A stretch of 45,436 bases of DNA from a virus (Duplodnaviria; Heunggongvirae; Uroviricota; Caudoviricetes): IMG/VR virus record IMGVR_UViG_2711768004_000013; one strand, given 5' to 3'. The notes beneath the pieces were generated by a model, which saw nothing but the letters and a program-made list of their open reading frames with translations, made no database searches and was not told where the DNA came from. Made by a program: the position numbers and the translations under genes. Positions 17,699-26,694 of the stretch are shown in pieces (positions within the stretch are counted from its first letter, which is position 1; every line of letters starts with the position of its first letter).

Positions 17699-19800
17699 TG
17701 CTGAATCAGGAAACCGCAAAGGCAGCACGAACCGATTCAGGTTATATCCTTCGCGCACCGAGACGAATGCGGGTTGCTGATGCCGTTGCTCAGTATATGC
17801 GGGTGCCCATGGGGGCAGGGAACTCAGTCCCGTGGGATCCGCTGGTGGCACCGTATGTTATTGAGCCGATGAACTGCCTGGCCTCGCGTGAATACGACGC
17901 AGTGATATTTGTTGGCCCGGCACGAACCGGCAAGACTATCGGCCTGATTGACGGCTGGGTGATTTACAACGTGATTTGCGATCCTGCTGATATGCTGATC
18001 ATTCAGATGACGGAGGAAAAAGCCCGCGAACACTCCAAAAAACGACTCGCCAGAACGTTTCGCGTCAGCCCGGAAGTGGTCAGTCGCCTGAGTCCGAACA
18101 AAAATGACAACAACGTTTATGACAGAACATTCCTTGCTGGTAACTACCTGAAAATCGGCTGGCCGTCAGTCAATATCATGTCCTCATCAGATTATAAATG
18201 CGTCGCGCTGACGGATTATGACCGTTTTCCGGAAGATATTGATGGCGAGGGGGATGCTTTCTCTCTTGCCTCAAAACGTACCACAACATTTATGTCCAGT
18301 GGTATGACGCTTGTGGAGAGTTCCCCCGGCAGGGATGTGAAGGATGTGAAATGGCGACGGACTTCACCGCATGAGGCTCCACCAACCACGGGGATACTGT
18401 CGCTCTATAACCGTGGCGATCGCCGTCGCTGGTACTGGCCCTGTCCACACTGTGGTGAGTATTTTCAGCCCTGCGGCGATGTGGTTGCTGGTTTCCGTGA
18501 TATTGCCGATCCCGTGCTGGCAAGTGAGGCGGCTTATATTCAGTGTCCTTCCTGTTCAGGACGGATTATGCCTGAACACAAACGTGAGCTGAACGGACGT
18601 GGGGTCTGGTTGCGGGATGGTGAATCCATCAATGCGGATGGCAGTCGTTATGGTGATCCCCGACGCTCACGTATTGCGTCATTCTGGATGGAGGGTCCGG
18701 CAGCTGCTTACCAGACACTCTCGCAACTCGTTTACAAACTGCTTACTGCAGAACAGGAATACGAGACAACCGGAAGTGAAGAAACACTCAAGACGGTTAT
18801 CAATACCGACTGGGGATTACCTTATCTTCCCCGCGCCAGCATGGAGCAACGAAAAAGTGAACTGCTTGAGCAGCGGGCAGAGCCAGTTCCTTCCCGCAGT
18901 GTGCCGGATGGCGTTAATTTCCTTGTGGCGACAGTGGATGTGCAGGCGGGACGTCATCGCCGTTTTGTGGTTCAGGTAACGGGCTATGGCAGCCGTGGCG
19001 AACGCTGGATTATTGATCGTTACAACATCACGCAGTCATTGCGCGGTGACAGCGACGGGGAGAGCCAGCGAATTGATCCGGCCAGCTATCCGGAAGACTG
19101 GGATGTCCTGCTGACGGATGTTTTTCATAAAAGCTGGCCGCTGGCCTCCGATCCTTCTCAACAAATGCGACTGATGGCAATGGCGGTGGACTCCGGCGGT
19201 GAAGACGGGGTCACTGATAATGCCTATAAATTCTGGCGTCGTTGCCGTCGTGATGGCCTTGGTAAACGTATTTACCTGTTTAAGGGCGACAGCATCCGGC
19301 GCGCAAAACTGATCACCCGTACATTCCCTGATAACACCGGACGAACGGGCCGACGGGCGCAGGCCGCAGGTGATGTGCCGCTCTGGCTTCTTCAGACGGA
19401 TGCACTGAAAGACCGGGTGAATAACGCGTTATGGCGTGACTCGCCAGGTCCCGGCTATGTGCATTTCCCTGACTGGCTGGGGAGCTGGTTTTACGACGAA
19501 CTGACGTATGAAGAGCGGAGCAGTGACGGGAAATGGAGTAAGCCGGGTCGCGGTGCCAACGAAGCTTTTGACCTGATGGTGTATGCCGAGGCTCTGGTCA
19601 TTCTGCATGGATACGAAAAGATCCGCTGGCCGGATGCACCGGAGTGGGCGAGCCGGGAAACCTGGCTGGAGTGTGTCCCGGACAGTACCGAACCGTCACC
19701 CTCACCGGAACCGGTATCCACGCCTGTTAAAAAACAAAAACGGAAGAAAACAGTAACTGACGATGTTAACCCCTGGCTGACTTCCGGAGGATGGTTATGA
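17698..19800 (+). CDS. terminase large subunit (lambda gpA-like)
   Basis: 700-aa ORF with a Walker-A-like VGPARTGKT motif, in the canonical position. Confidence 0.9.
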   Translation: MLNQETAKAARTDSGYILRAPRRMRVADAVAQYMRVPMGAGNSVPWDPLVAPYVIEPMNCLASREYDAVIFVGPARTGKTIGLIDGWVIYNVICDPADMLIIQMTEEKAREHSKKRLARTFRVSPEVVSRLSPNKNDNNVYDRTFLAGNYLKIGWPSVNIMSSSDYKCVALTDYDRFPEDIDGEGDAFSLASKRTTTFMSSGMTLVESSPGRDVKDVKWRRTSPHEAPPTTGILSLYNRGDRRRWYWPCPHCGEYFQPCGDVVAGFRDIADPVLASEAAYIQCPSCSGRIMPEHKRELNGRGVWLRDGESINADGSRYGDPRRSRIASFWMEGPAAAYQTLSQLVYKLLTAEQEYETTGSEETLKTVINTDWGLPYLPRASMEQRKSELLEQRAEPVPSRSVPDGVNFLVATVDVQAGRHRRFVVQVTGYGSRGERWIIDRYNITQSLRGDSDGESQRIDPASYPEDWDVLLTDVFHKSWPLASDPSQQMRLMAMAVDSGGEDGVTDNAYKFWRRCRRDGLGKRIYLFKGDSIRRAKLITRTFPDNTGRTGRRAQAAGDVPLWLLQTDALKDRVNNALWRDSPGPGYVHFPDWLGSWFYDELTYEERSSDGKWSKPGRGANEAFDLMVYAEALVILHGYEKIRWPDAPEWASRETWLECVPDSTEPSPSPEPVSTPVKKQKRKKTVTDDVNPWLTSGGWL

Positions 19801-20009
19801 ACCAGAATGATATTGAAGCCATGATTCAGCGTTATACGGAAGCTGAAATGGCGGTGCTGGACGGAAAATCCGTCACCTTTAATGGTCAGCAGATGACCAT
19901 GGAAAACTTATCTGAGATCCGGCAGGGACGGCAGGAGTGGGAGCGCCGCCTTGCGGCTCTGATTACACGACGACGGGGGCATCCCGGGTACCGGCTGGCG
20001 AGGTTCTGA
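19797..20009 (+). CDS. head-tail connector protein (gpW-like)
   Basis: 70 aa between terminase and portal; GGAGG 6 nt upstream; ATGA overlap with terminase stop. Confidence 0.65.
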   Translation: MNQNDIEAMIQRYTEAEMAVLDGKSVTFNGQQMTMENLSEIRQGRQEWERRLAALITRRRGHPGYRLARF

Positions 20010-21517
20010 TGGCAATTCTTGATGATGTGATTGGCGTTTTTTCACCAGGATGGAAAGCGGCAAGGCTGCGTTCCCGTGCGGTGATCCAGGCTTATGAGGC
20101 CGTAAAAACGACGCGGACACACAAAGGCCGGCGGGAAAACCGAACTGCCGACCAGTTAAGCCAGTACGGGGCCGTGTCGTTACGTGAGCAGGCCCGTTAC
20201 CTTGATAACAACCACGATCTGGTTATTGGTGTATTTGACAAGCTGGAAGAACGGGTGGTGGGGAAAAACGGGATTATTGTCGAGCCACATCCGGTATTAC
20301 GCAATGGGGCCATTGCCCGTGACCTGGCTGCGGAGATTCGCACCCGATGGAGTGAATGGTCTGTCAGCCCGGAAGTCACCGGGCAGTTTACCCGTCCGAT
20401 GCTGGAACGTCTGATGCTGCGTACCTGGCTGCGCGATGGTGAGGTGTTTGCCCAGATGGTTTCCGGGCGCATAAACAGCCTGACGCCTTCTGCCGGTGTT
20501 CATTTCTGGCTGGAGGCGCTCGAGCCGGACTTTATTCCCATGACCAGTGATGAGAGCAACAGGCTGAATCAGGGCGTGTTTGTTGATGACTGGGGGCGTC
20601 CCGAAAAATATCTGGTGTATAAAAGCCGTCCCGTATCCGGACGGCAGATGGAAACCAAAGAAGTGGATGCAGAGCGAATGCTGCATCTTAAATTTGTTCG
20701 CCGTCTGCACCAGATGCGCGGGACGTCTTTGTTGTCCGGTGTGCTGATCCGCCTCAGTGCCCTGAAAGATTATGAAGATTATGAGCTGACTGCAGCAAGG
20801 ATCGCCGCTGCTCTGGGGATGTACATCCGCAAAGGCGACGGGCAGAGCTATGAACCGGATGGTAATGGCAGCAAGGATAAGGAACGCGAGCTTACCATTC
20901 AGCCAGGCATTATTTACGACGATCTGAAACCCGGCGAAGAAATCGGAATGGTGAAGTCGGATCGCCCCAATCCTAACCTTGAAACTTTTCGTAATGGTCA
21001 GTTGCGTGCCGTGGCGGCGGGCAGTCGTCTGAGTTTTTCCAGTACAGCGCGCAACTATAACGGCACTTACAGCGCCCAGCGTCAGGAGCTGGTTGAATCT
21101 ACTGATGGCTACCTGATCCTGCAGGACTGGTTTATTGGTGCCGTCACCCGCCCGATGTATCGTGCATGGCTGAAACAGGCTGTGGCATCCGGTGTTATCA
21201 GGCTACCCCGCGATCTTGACCGTTCTTCACTGTATACCGCGGTGTATTCCGGACCGGTGATGCCGTGGATTGACCCTGTTAAGGAGGCTGAGGCCTGGAA
21301 AATCCAGATTCGTGGTGGAGCGGCGACAGAATCAGACTGGGTACGTGCAGGTGGTCGTAATCCGGATGATGTCAAACGTCGGCGCAAGGCCGAAATTGAT
21401 GAAAACCGCAAGCTGGATCTGGTATTTGATACCGATCCGGCCAGTGATAAAGGAGGCAGCAGTGCCGCAACGAAACGACAGGAGCCGCAGCACACCGACG
21501 ACCAGTCCGAAGAATAA
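20009..21517 (+). CDS. portal protein
   Basis: 502 aa in the conserved position after terminase and gpW; TGATG overlap with W. Confidence 0.85.
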   Translation: MAILDDVIGVFSPGWKAARLRSRAVIQAYEAVKTTRTHKGRRENRTADQLSQYGAVSLREQARYLDNNHDLVIGVFDKLEERVVGKNGIIVEPHPVLRNGAIARDLAAEIRTRWSEWSVSPEVTGQFTRPMLERLMLRTWLRDGEVFAQMVSGRINSLTPSAGVHFWLEALEPDFIPMTSDESNRLNQGVFVDDWGRPEKYLVYKSRPVSGRQMETKEVDAERMLHLKFVRRLHQMRGTSLLSGVLIRLSALKDYEDYELTAARIAAALGMYIRKGDGQSYEPDGNGSKDKERELTIQPGIIYDDLKPGEEIGMVKSDRPNPNLETFRNGQLRAVAAGSRLSFSSTARNYNGTYSAQRQELVESTDGYLILQDWFIGAVTRPMYRAWLKQAVASGVIRLPRDLDRSSLYTAVYSGPVMPWIDPVKEAEAWKIQIRGGAATESDWVRAGGRNPDDVKRRRKAEIDENRKLDLVFDTDPASDKGGSSAATKRQEPQHTDDQSEE

Positions 21518-21530
21518 TTCCTGGTTCAGG

Positions 21531-23489
21531 ATGCAGGCTGGTCACCAGAGTGACGCGGATATTTATATTTATGACGAGATTGGTTTCTGGGGTGTTACAG
21601 CGAAGCAGTTTATCAGTGATCTGAATGCACTGGGCGATATCACCCACATTAATCTCCATATTAATTCACCGGGTGGCGATGTCTTTGAAGGCATCGCCAT
21701 TTTTAATGCGCTGAAAACACATGGTGCGTCCATTACCGTTTATGTCGACGGTGTGGCGGCGTCAATGGCGTCGGTCATTGCGATGGTGGGAAACCCGGTC
21801 ATTATGCCGGAAAACACCTTCATGATGATTCATAAACCATTTGGCTTTACGGGCGGTGATGCGGAGGACATGCGCACCTATGCCGACCTGCTCGATAAGG
21901 TTGAGGCGGTTCTGTTACCCGCTTATGCACAGAAAACCGGGAAAACCACCGATGAAATTGCTGCCATGCTGGCGGATGAGACCTGGATGTCCGGTGCCGA
22001 ATGTCTGGCACAGGGATTTGCTGATCAGGTGACGCCAGCCGTTAAGGCAATGGCATGTATTCAGTCAAAACGTACAGAGGAATTTAAAAAGATGCCGGAA
22101 TCCATTCGAAACATGATTACTCCGCCACGCAACAGTGCTCCACGCGTACAGGATGATGAACCTGCAGCCTCCCGGACGCCAGTGCAGGCAGCAGCACCCG
22201 TGGTGGATGAAAACAGTATCCGTGCGCAGGTACTGGCAGAGCAAAAAGCGCGTGTAAACGGTATTAATGATCTGTTTGCCATGTTTGGCGGGCGTTATCA
22301 GACGCTGCAGGCTCAGTGTCTTGCCGATCCTGAATGTTCGCTGGAGCAGGCCCGCGAAAAGCTGTTGAACGAGATGGGGCGCGAGTCCACGCCATCCAAT
22401 AAAAATACCCCGGCTCATATTTATGCCGGAAACGGTAATTTTGTGGGGGACGGGATCCGCCAGGCGCTGATGGCGCGTGCCGGATTTGAAAAAACCGAAC
22501 GTGATAATGTCTACAACGGGATGACCCTGCGTGAATATGCCCGTATGTCACTGACTGAACGGGGTATTGGGGTTTCCAGTTATAACCCGATGCAGATGGT
22601 CGGTGCGGCGTTCACACACAGTACGTCTGACTTCGGTAATATTCTGCTGGATGTTGCGAACAAAGCCATTCTGCAGGGCTGGGAAGATGCCCCTGAAACC
22701 TATGAACAGTGGACGCGGAAAGGTCAGTTGTCTGATTTTAAAATTGCCCATCGTGTGGGTATGGGGGGCTTCAGTGCTCTGCGTCAGGTGCGTGAAGGGG
22801 CGGAATATAAATACGTCACCACCGGAGATAAACAGGCCACTATTGCACTGGCGACCTATGGCGAGCTGTTCAGTATCACCCGTCAGGCCATTATCAATGA
22901 TGATCTGAATATGCTGACCGATGTCCCGATGAAACTGGGCCGTGCGGCGAAATCCACTATTGCCGATCTGGTTTATGCCATTCTGACGTCTAACCCGAAA
23001 ATCTCCACAGATAATGTAAGTCTGTTCGATAAAGCGAAACATGCAAACGTACTGGATAGCGCTGCAATGGACGTGGCATCGCTGGATAAAGCCCGCCAGT
23101 TGATGCGCGTTCAGAAAGAGGGGGAGCGTCATCTGAATATTCGTCCTGCGTTCGTACTGGTACCGACGGCGATGGAGTCTGTTGCTAACCAGGTCATTCG
23201 CTCCTCAAGTGTCAAGGGGGCCGACATTAACGCCGGTATTATTAACCCGGTGAAAGATTTTGCGACCGTTATTGCAGAGCCTCGTCTTGATGATAACAGC
23301 CAGACCACCTTCTACCTGGCTGCGTCAAAAGGCTCCGATACGATTGAAGTGGCTTATCTCAACGGTGTGGATACGCCATATATTGATCAGATGGAGGGCT
23401 TCAGTGTGGATGGCGTGACAACGAAAGTGCGTATTGACGCCGGTGTCGCGCCAGTTGATCACCGCGGTCTGGTGAAATGTACGGCGTAA
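21531..23489 (+). CDS. prohead protease (ClpP-like) - scaffold-like linker - major capsid protein, encoded as one ORF (start uncertain)
   Basis: 652 aa; N-terminal ClpP-like domain (INSPGGDVFEGIAIF...ASMASVIAM), a Pro/Ala/Gln-rich middle, and a C-terminal major-capsid-like region. Confidence 0.75.
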   Translation: MQAGHQSDADIYIYDEIGFWGVTAKQFISDLNALGDITHINLHINSPGGDVFEGIAIFNALKTHGASITVYVDGVAASMASVIAMVGNPVIMPENTFMMIHKPFGFTGGDAEDMRTYADLLDKVEAVLLPAYAQKTGKTTDEIAAMLADETWMSGAECLAQGFADQVTPAVKAMACIQSKRTEEFKKMPESIRNMITPPRNSAPRVQDDEPAASRTPVQAAAPVVDENSIRAQVLAEQKARVNGINDLFAMFGGRYQTLQAQCLADPECSLEQAREKLLNEMGRESTPSNKNTPAHIYAGNGNFVGDGIRQALMARAGFEKTERDNVYNGMTLREYARMSLTERGIGVSSYNPMQMVGAAFTHSTSDFGNILLDVANKAILQGWEDAPETYEQWTRKGQLSDFKIAHRVGMGGFSALRQVREGAEYKYVTTGDKQATIALATYGELFSITRQAIINDDLNMLTDVPMKLGRAAKSTIADLVYAILTSNPKISTDNVSLFDKAKHANVLDSAAMDVASLDKARQLMRVQKEGERHLNIRPAFVLVPTAMESVANQVIRSSSVKGADINAGIINPVKDFATVIAEPRLDDNSQTTFYLAASKGSDTIEVAYLNGVDTPYIDQMEGFSVDGVTTKVRIDAGVAPVDHRGLVKCTA

Positions 23490-23513
23490 ACGTCGCAGAC
23501 AACAACTCTGATG

Positions 23514-23532
23514 GCCCGTAAGGGCTTTTTTT
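23514..23532 (+). terminator. weak intrinsic terminator after the capsid gene
   Basis: GCCC-GTAA-GGGC followed by TTTTTTT. Confidence 0.4.
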
Positions 23533-23575
23533 GTACCTGAAATCAGCCCCTGAACGGGGCTGTGCGGAGACAGTT

Positions 23576-23899
23576 ATGGCAAAGAATTTTGTAGAAGAAG
23601 GAAAAACGGTGGCGATTGTTGCCAGTGCAGCCATCAGCAGCGGAGATCTGGTGCAGGTGGGTGATGTTTTTGCGGTGGCACTGACCGATATTCCACAGGG
23701 TGAAACAGGCGACGGCCTGACCGAAGGTGTGTTTATGCTGCCTAAGCTGAAAACGGATGACATGAAAACGGGTAAGAAGGTTTATCTGAAGTCCGGAAAA
23801 GTTCAGCTGACTAACAGCGGCTCTGATCCGCTGGTCGGGGTTGTCTGGGCAGATGCCGGAACCAGTGCAGAAGAAGTGCCGGTAAAACTCAATGTCTGA
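23576..23899 (+). CDS. DUF2190-like head protein (possible decoration/cement protein)
   Basis: MAKNFVEEGKTVAIVASAAISSGDLVQVGDVFAVA... matches the DUF2190 pattern as I recall it; GGAGA upstream. Confidence 0.6.
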   Translation: MAKNFVEEGKTVAIVASAAISSGDLVQVGDVFAVALTDIPQGETGDGLTEGVFMLPKLKTDDMKTGKKVYLKSGKVQLTNSGSDPLVGVVWADAGTSAEEVPVKLNV

Positions 23900-24167
23900 T
23901 CCCTTTTCCCGGCTGGCAGCGCGTATGGATGCGATCACGGTCAGAAAGATGGGAAAGACAGCCTCGATTAATGATGTCGATATGACTGTGATCCCGGGAG
24001 AAACACTGGCAGAGCTGAATGCTCTGTCCGGACCTGCGGTCTCTCTGGTGGTGTTTTCTTCGGGATACCGCCCACGGCGCGGGGATCGCGTTGTTTATGA
24101 CGGACAACAATGGACGGTCACACGGCATGAACGCTTTAACGGTAAGCCAATGATCTTTATTGAGTAA
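23892..24167 (+). CDS. head-tail joining / head completion protein
   Basis: 91-aa ORF between capsid and tail modules, overlapping the upstream stop. Confidence 0.55.
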   Translation: MSDPFSRLAARMDAITVRKMGKTASINDVDMTVIPGETLAELNALSGPAVSLVVFSSGYRPRRGDRVVYDGQQWTVTRHERFNGKPMIFIE

Positions 24168-24178
24168 AGAGGTGTGGG

Positions 24179-24757
24179 ATGAAGGGGCTTGAGAATGCCA
24201 TCCGCAATCTGAACAGCCTTGATACCCGTATGGTGCCACAGGCCAGCGCATGGGCGATAAACCGTGTGGCACAGAAAGCGGTCTCGGTTGCCACCCGGCA
24301 GGTTGCCGGGAATACCGTTGCGGGAGATAACCAGGTGAAAGGGATCCCCCTGAAACTGGTACGTCAGCGTGTCCGGGTGTTTAAAGCCAGTCCGTCAGGA
24401 AAAATGACGGCCAGGATCCGCGTTAACCGGGGCAATCTGCCCGCCATTAAGCTGGGGACAGCCCGGGTCAGACTGGCCCGGCGTGGTGGAAAACTGCAGT
24501 ACCGTGGCAGTGTGCTGAAGGTGGGTAAATATCTTTTCCGGGATGCGTTTATTCAGCAACTGGCGAATGGTCGCTGGCATGTGATGCGGCGTATTGATGG
24601 CAAAAATCGTTACCCCATTGATGTGGTGAAAATCCCGCTGTCCGGACCGCTGACACAGGCATTTGAAGATGCCCGCGACCGCATCATTGCTGCGGAAATG
24701 CCGAAACAGCTGGGGTATGCACTGAAACAACAACTGAGGTTATGGCTGACCCGATGA
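24179..24757 (+). CDS. tail completion protein (lambda gpZ-like)
   Basis: 192 aa, the same length as lambda Z, in the Z position; GAGG upstream. Confidence 0.55.
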   Translation: MKGLENAIRNLNSLDTRMVPQASAWAINRVAQKAVSVATRQVAGNTVAGDNQVKGIPLKLVRQRVRVFKASPSGKMTARIRVNRGNLPAIKLGTARVRLARRGGKLQYRGSVLKVGKYLFRDAFIQQLANGRWHVMRRIDGKNRYPIDVVKIPLSGPLTQAFEDARDRIIAAEMPKQLGYALKQQLRLWLTR

Positions 24758-25155
24758 ACCGACATACACAAATCCGCCAGGTCGTACTGGCACGCCTTCG
24801 GGAACAGTGTGGAGACAGCGCCACGTTTTTTGACGGGCTTCCGGCATTTGTTGATGCGCAGGAACTGCCTGCCGTGGCGGTGTGGCTGAGTGATGCTCAG
24901 TACACCGGAAAAATGACGGATGAAGATGACTGGCAGGCTGTTCTGCATATTGCTGTCTTCATCCGGGCACAGGCACCGGATTCAGAGCTGGATATGTGGA
25001 TGGAGAGCACCATTTTCCCGGCCTTGAATGATGTACCAGCACTTTCCGGACTCATCGACACCCTGATCCCACTCGGTTTTAACTATCAACGTGATAATGA
25101 GATGGCCACCTGGGCGATGGCGGAAATCACGTACCAGATCACGTACACGAATTAA
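24742..25155 (+). CDS. tail terminator protein (lambda gpU-like)
   Basis: 137 aa between the Z-like and V-like genes. Confidence 0.55.
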   Translation: MADPMNRHTQIRQVVLARLREQCGDSATFFDGLPAFVDAQELPAVAVWLSDAQYTGKMTDEDDWQAVLHIAVFIRAQAPDSELDMWMESTIFPALNDVPALSGLIDTLIPLGFNYQRDNEMATWAMAEITYQITYTN

Positions 25156-25165
25156 GGAGGTGGTA

Positions 25166-25909
25166 ATGACCACACCAAATCCACTGGCAAAAACGAAAGG
25201 TGCGGGAACGACGTTCTGGATGTATACCGGCAAGGGCGATGCGTTTGCGAACCCTTTATCGGACACTGACTGGCTGCGTCTTGCGATGGTGAAGGATCTG
25301 CAACCTGGCGAAATGACCGCTGATGCAGAAGATGACACTTATCTCGATGATGAAGATGCAGACTGGAAAACGACAACCCAGGGGCAGAAATCCGTTGGTG
25401 ATACTTCGGCGACGCTGGCCTGGCGTCCGGGTGACAGCGGGCAGAAAAAACTGGTTCAGTTGTTCGACTCCGGTGAAGTCTGCGCGTTTCGTATCAAATA
25501 TCCCAACGGTACTGTTGATGTTTTCCGTGGCTGGCTGAGTTCACTGGGTAAAACCATTGCCTCAAAAGACGTGATGACCCGCACAGTGAAAATCAGCGGT
25601 GTGGGGCGTCCGTATCTGGCAGAGGAAGGCACTGAAACAGTGAGCGTTACCGGGCTGACGGTGGCACCGGCATCTGCCAGTGTAAAAGTGGGAGCAACCA
25701 CCACGCTGACCTTTACAGTAAAACCTGACGGAGCCAGTGACAAAGCGATCAGTGTGCATTCGACAGATCCACAGACTGCCACGGTGACCCTGAACGGGCT
25801 TGTGGCCACGGTGAAAGGCGTGAAGCAGGGCAGTGTCAGCATTGTGGGCATGACCGCTGACGGGAATTTTGTGGCAGTGGCTACGGTGACTGTCAGCGCA
25901 GCAGGTTAA
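25166..25909 (+). CDS. major tail protein (gpV-like) with C-terminal Ig-like domain
   Basis: AGGAGG upstream; C-terminal SVTGLTVAPASASVKVGATTTLTFTVKPDGASDKAISV...TATVTLNGLVATVKGVKQGSVSIV is a Big_2-like Ig repeat; followed by a terminator. Confidence 0.8.
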   Translation: MTTPNPLAKTKGAGTTFWMYTGKGDAFANPLSDTDWLRLAMVKDLQPGEMTADAEDDTYLDDEDADWKTTTQGQKSVGDTSATLAWRPGDSGQKKLVQLFDSGEVCAFRIKYPNGTVDVFRGWLSSLGKTIASKDVMTRTVKISGVGRPYLAEEGTETVSVTGLTVAPASASVKVGATTTLTFTVKPDGASDKAISVHSTDPQTATVTLNGLVATVKGVKQGSVSIVGMTADGNFVAVATVTVSAAG

Positions 25910-25929
25910 CAGGACGATACTCATCATTT

Positions 25930-25953
25930 GCCCCGGTTATTCGGGGCTTTTTT
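25930..25953 (+). terminator. intrinsic terminator after the major tail gene
   Basis: GCCCCG-GTTATT-CGGGGC followed by TTTTTT. Confidence 0.55.
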
Positions 25954-25966
25954 ACAGGTGGAGAAC

Positions 25967-26356
25967 ATGATGTTTCTGAAACAGGACACGTTTAATTATG
26001 AAAAACAGTCCGTGGTGCTCAGTGAGCTGTCCGGGCTGCAGAGAATTGAATATCTGACGTTTGTTCAGCAGCGAACGGCAAAGTTTGATGCCGGGGAGGG
26101 AGAACTGCCGGAGGCTGAACGACAGATTGCTTTTCTGCGGATGGGGATGGATATCAATGCCTGGCTGGTTTCCCGCTCACTGTGGAATGCGGAACAGTCT
26201 CAGGATGTTGAGACGCTTTACGCATCCGTTATTACAACATGGTCGTATGATGCCCTGGGTGCGGGGGCGGAGATGGTTCTGTCGCTGAGCGGTATGGGGG
26301 CCATTGATAATGCCGGGGATTTGGAGCATGAGGGGCTGACGCCGGAAAAGTCCTGA
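25967..26356 (+). CDS. tail assembly chaperone (gpG-like)
   Basis: 129 aa directly upstream of the tape measure gene; the downstream ORF is open in the -1 frame. Confidence 0.7.
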   Translation: MMFLKQDTFNYEKQSVVLSELSGLQRIEYLTFVQQRTAKFDAGEGELPEAERQIAFLRMGMDINAWLVSRSLWNAEQSQDVETLYASVITTWSYDALGAGAEMVLSLSGMGAIDNAGDLEHEGLTPEKS

Positions 26357-26694
26357 CGCGGGAAATGCAGTTTGTCATGCGGCTTGCCCGGGAGTTCCGG
26401 CGGGCAGACTGGCGGCGGATGCTGTCGGAAATGTCGGCCACTGAGCTTGGTCAGTGGGGCGATTATTTCCGGATGCAGAGCTTCAGTGATGTGTGGATGG
26501 ATGCGCAGTTTGCCTCGCTGAAGGCATTGATCGTGAGAATGGTGTCCGGCAGCAGTGATGCTGCGGTGGCTGATTTCAGCCTTTTACCGGAAGAGAACGG
26601 GATACCGGAGCGAACGGACGAAGAACTGATGCATCTTGGGGAAGGTATTTCCGGAGGTGTGCGTTATGGACCAGATAGCCAACCTGGTCATTGA
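26344..26694 (+). CDS. tail assembly chaperone T-like extension, probably expressed as a G-T fusion by -1 frameshift
   Basis: The -1 frame is open from the end of G to 26694; candidate slip site G_GAA_AAG at 26344-26350, which is similar to but not identical with lambda G_GGA_AAG. Confidence 0.5.
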   Translation, partial: GKVLTREMQFVMRLAREFRRADWRRMLSEMSATELGQWGDYFRMQSFSDVWMDAQFASLKALIVRMVSGSSDAAVADFSLLPEENGIPERTDEELMHLGEGISGGVRYGPDSQPGH

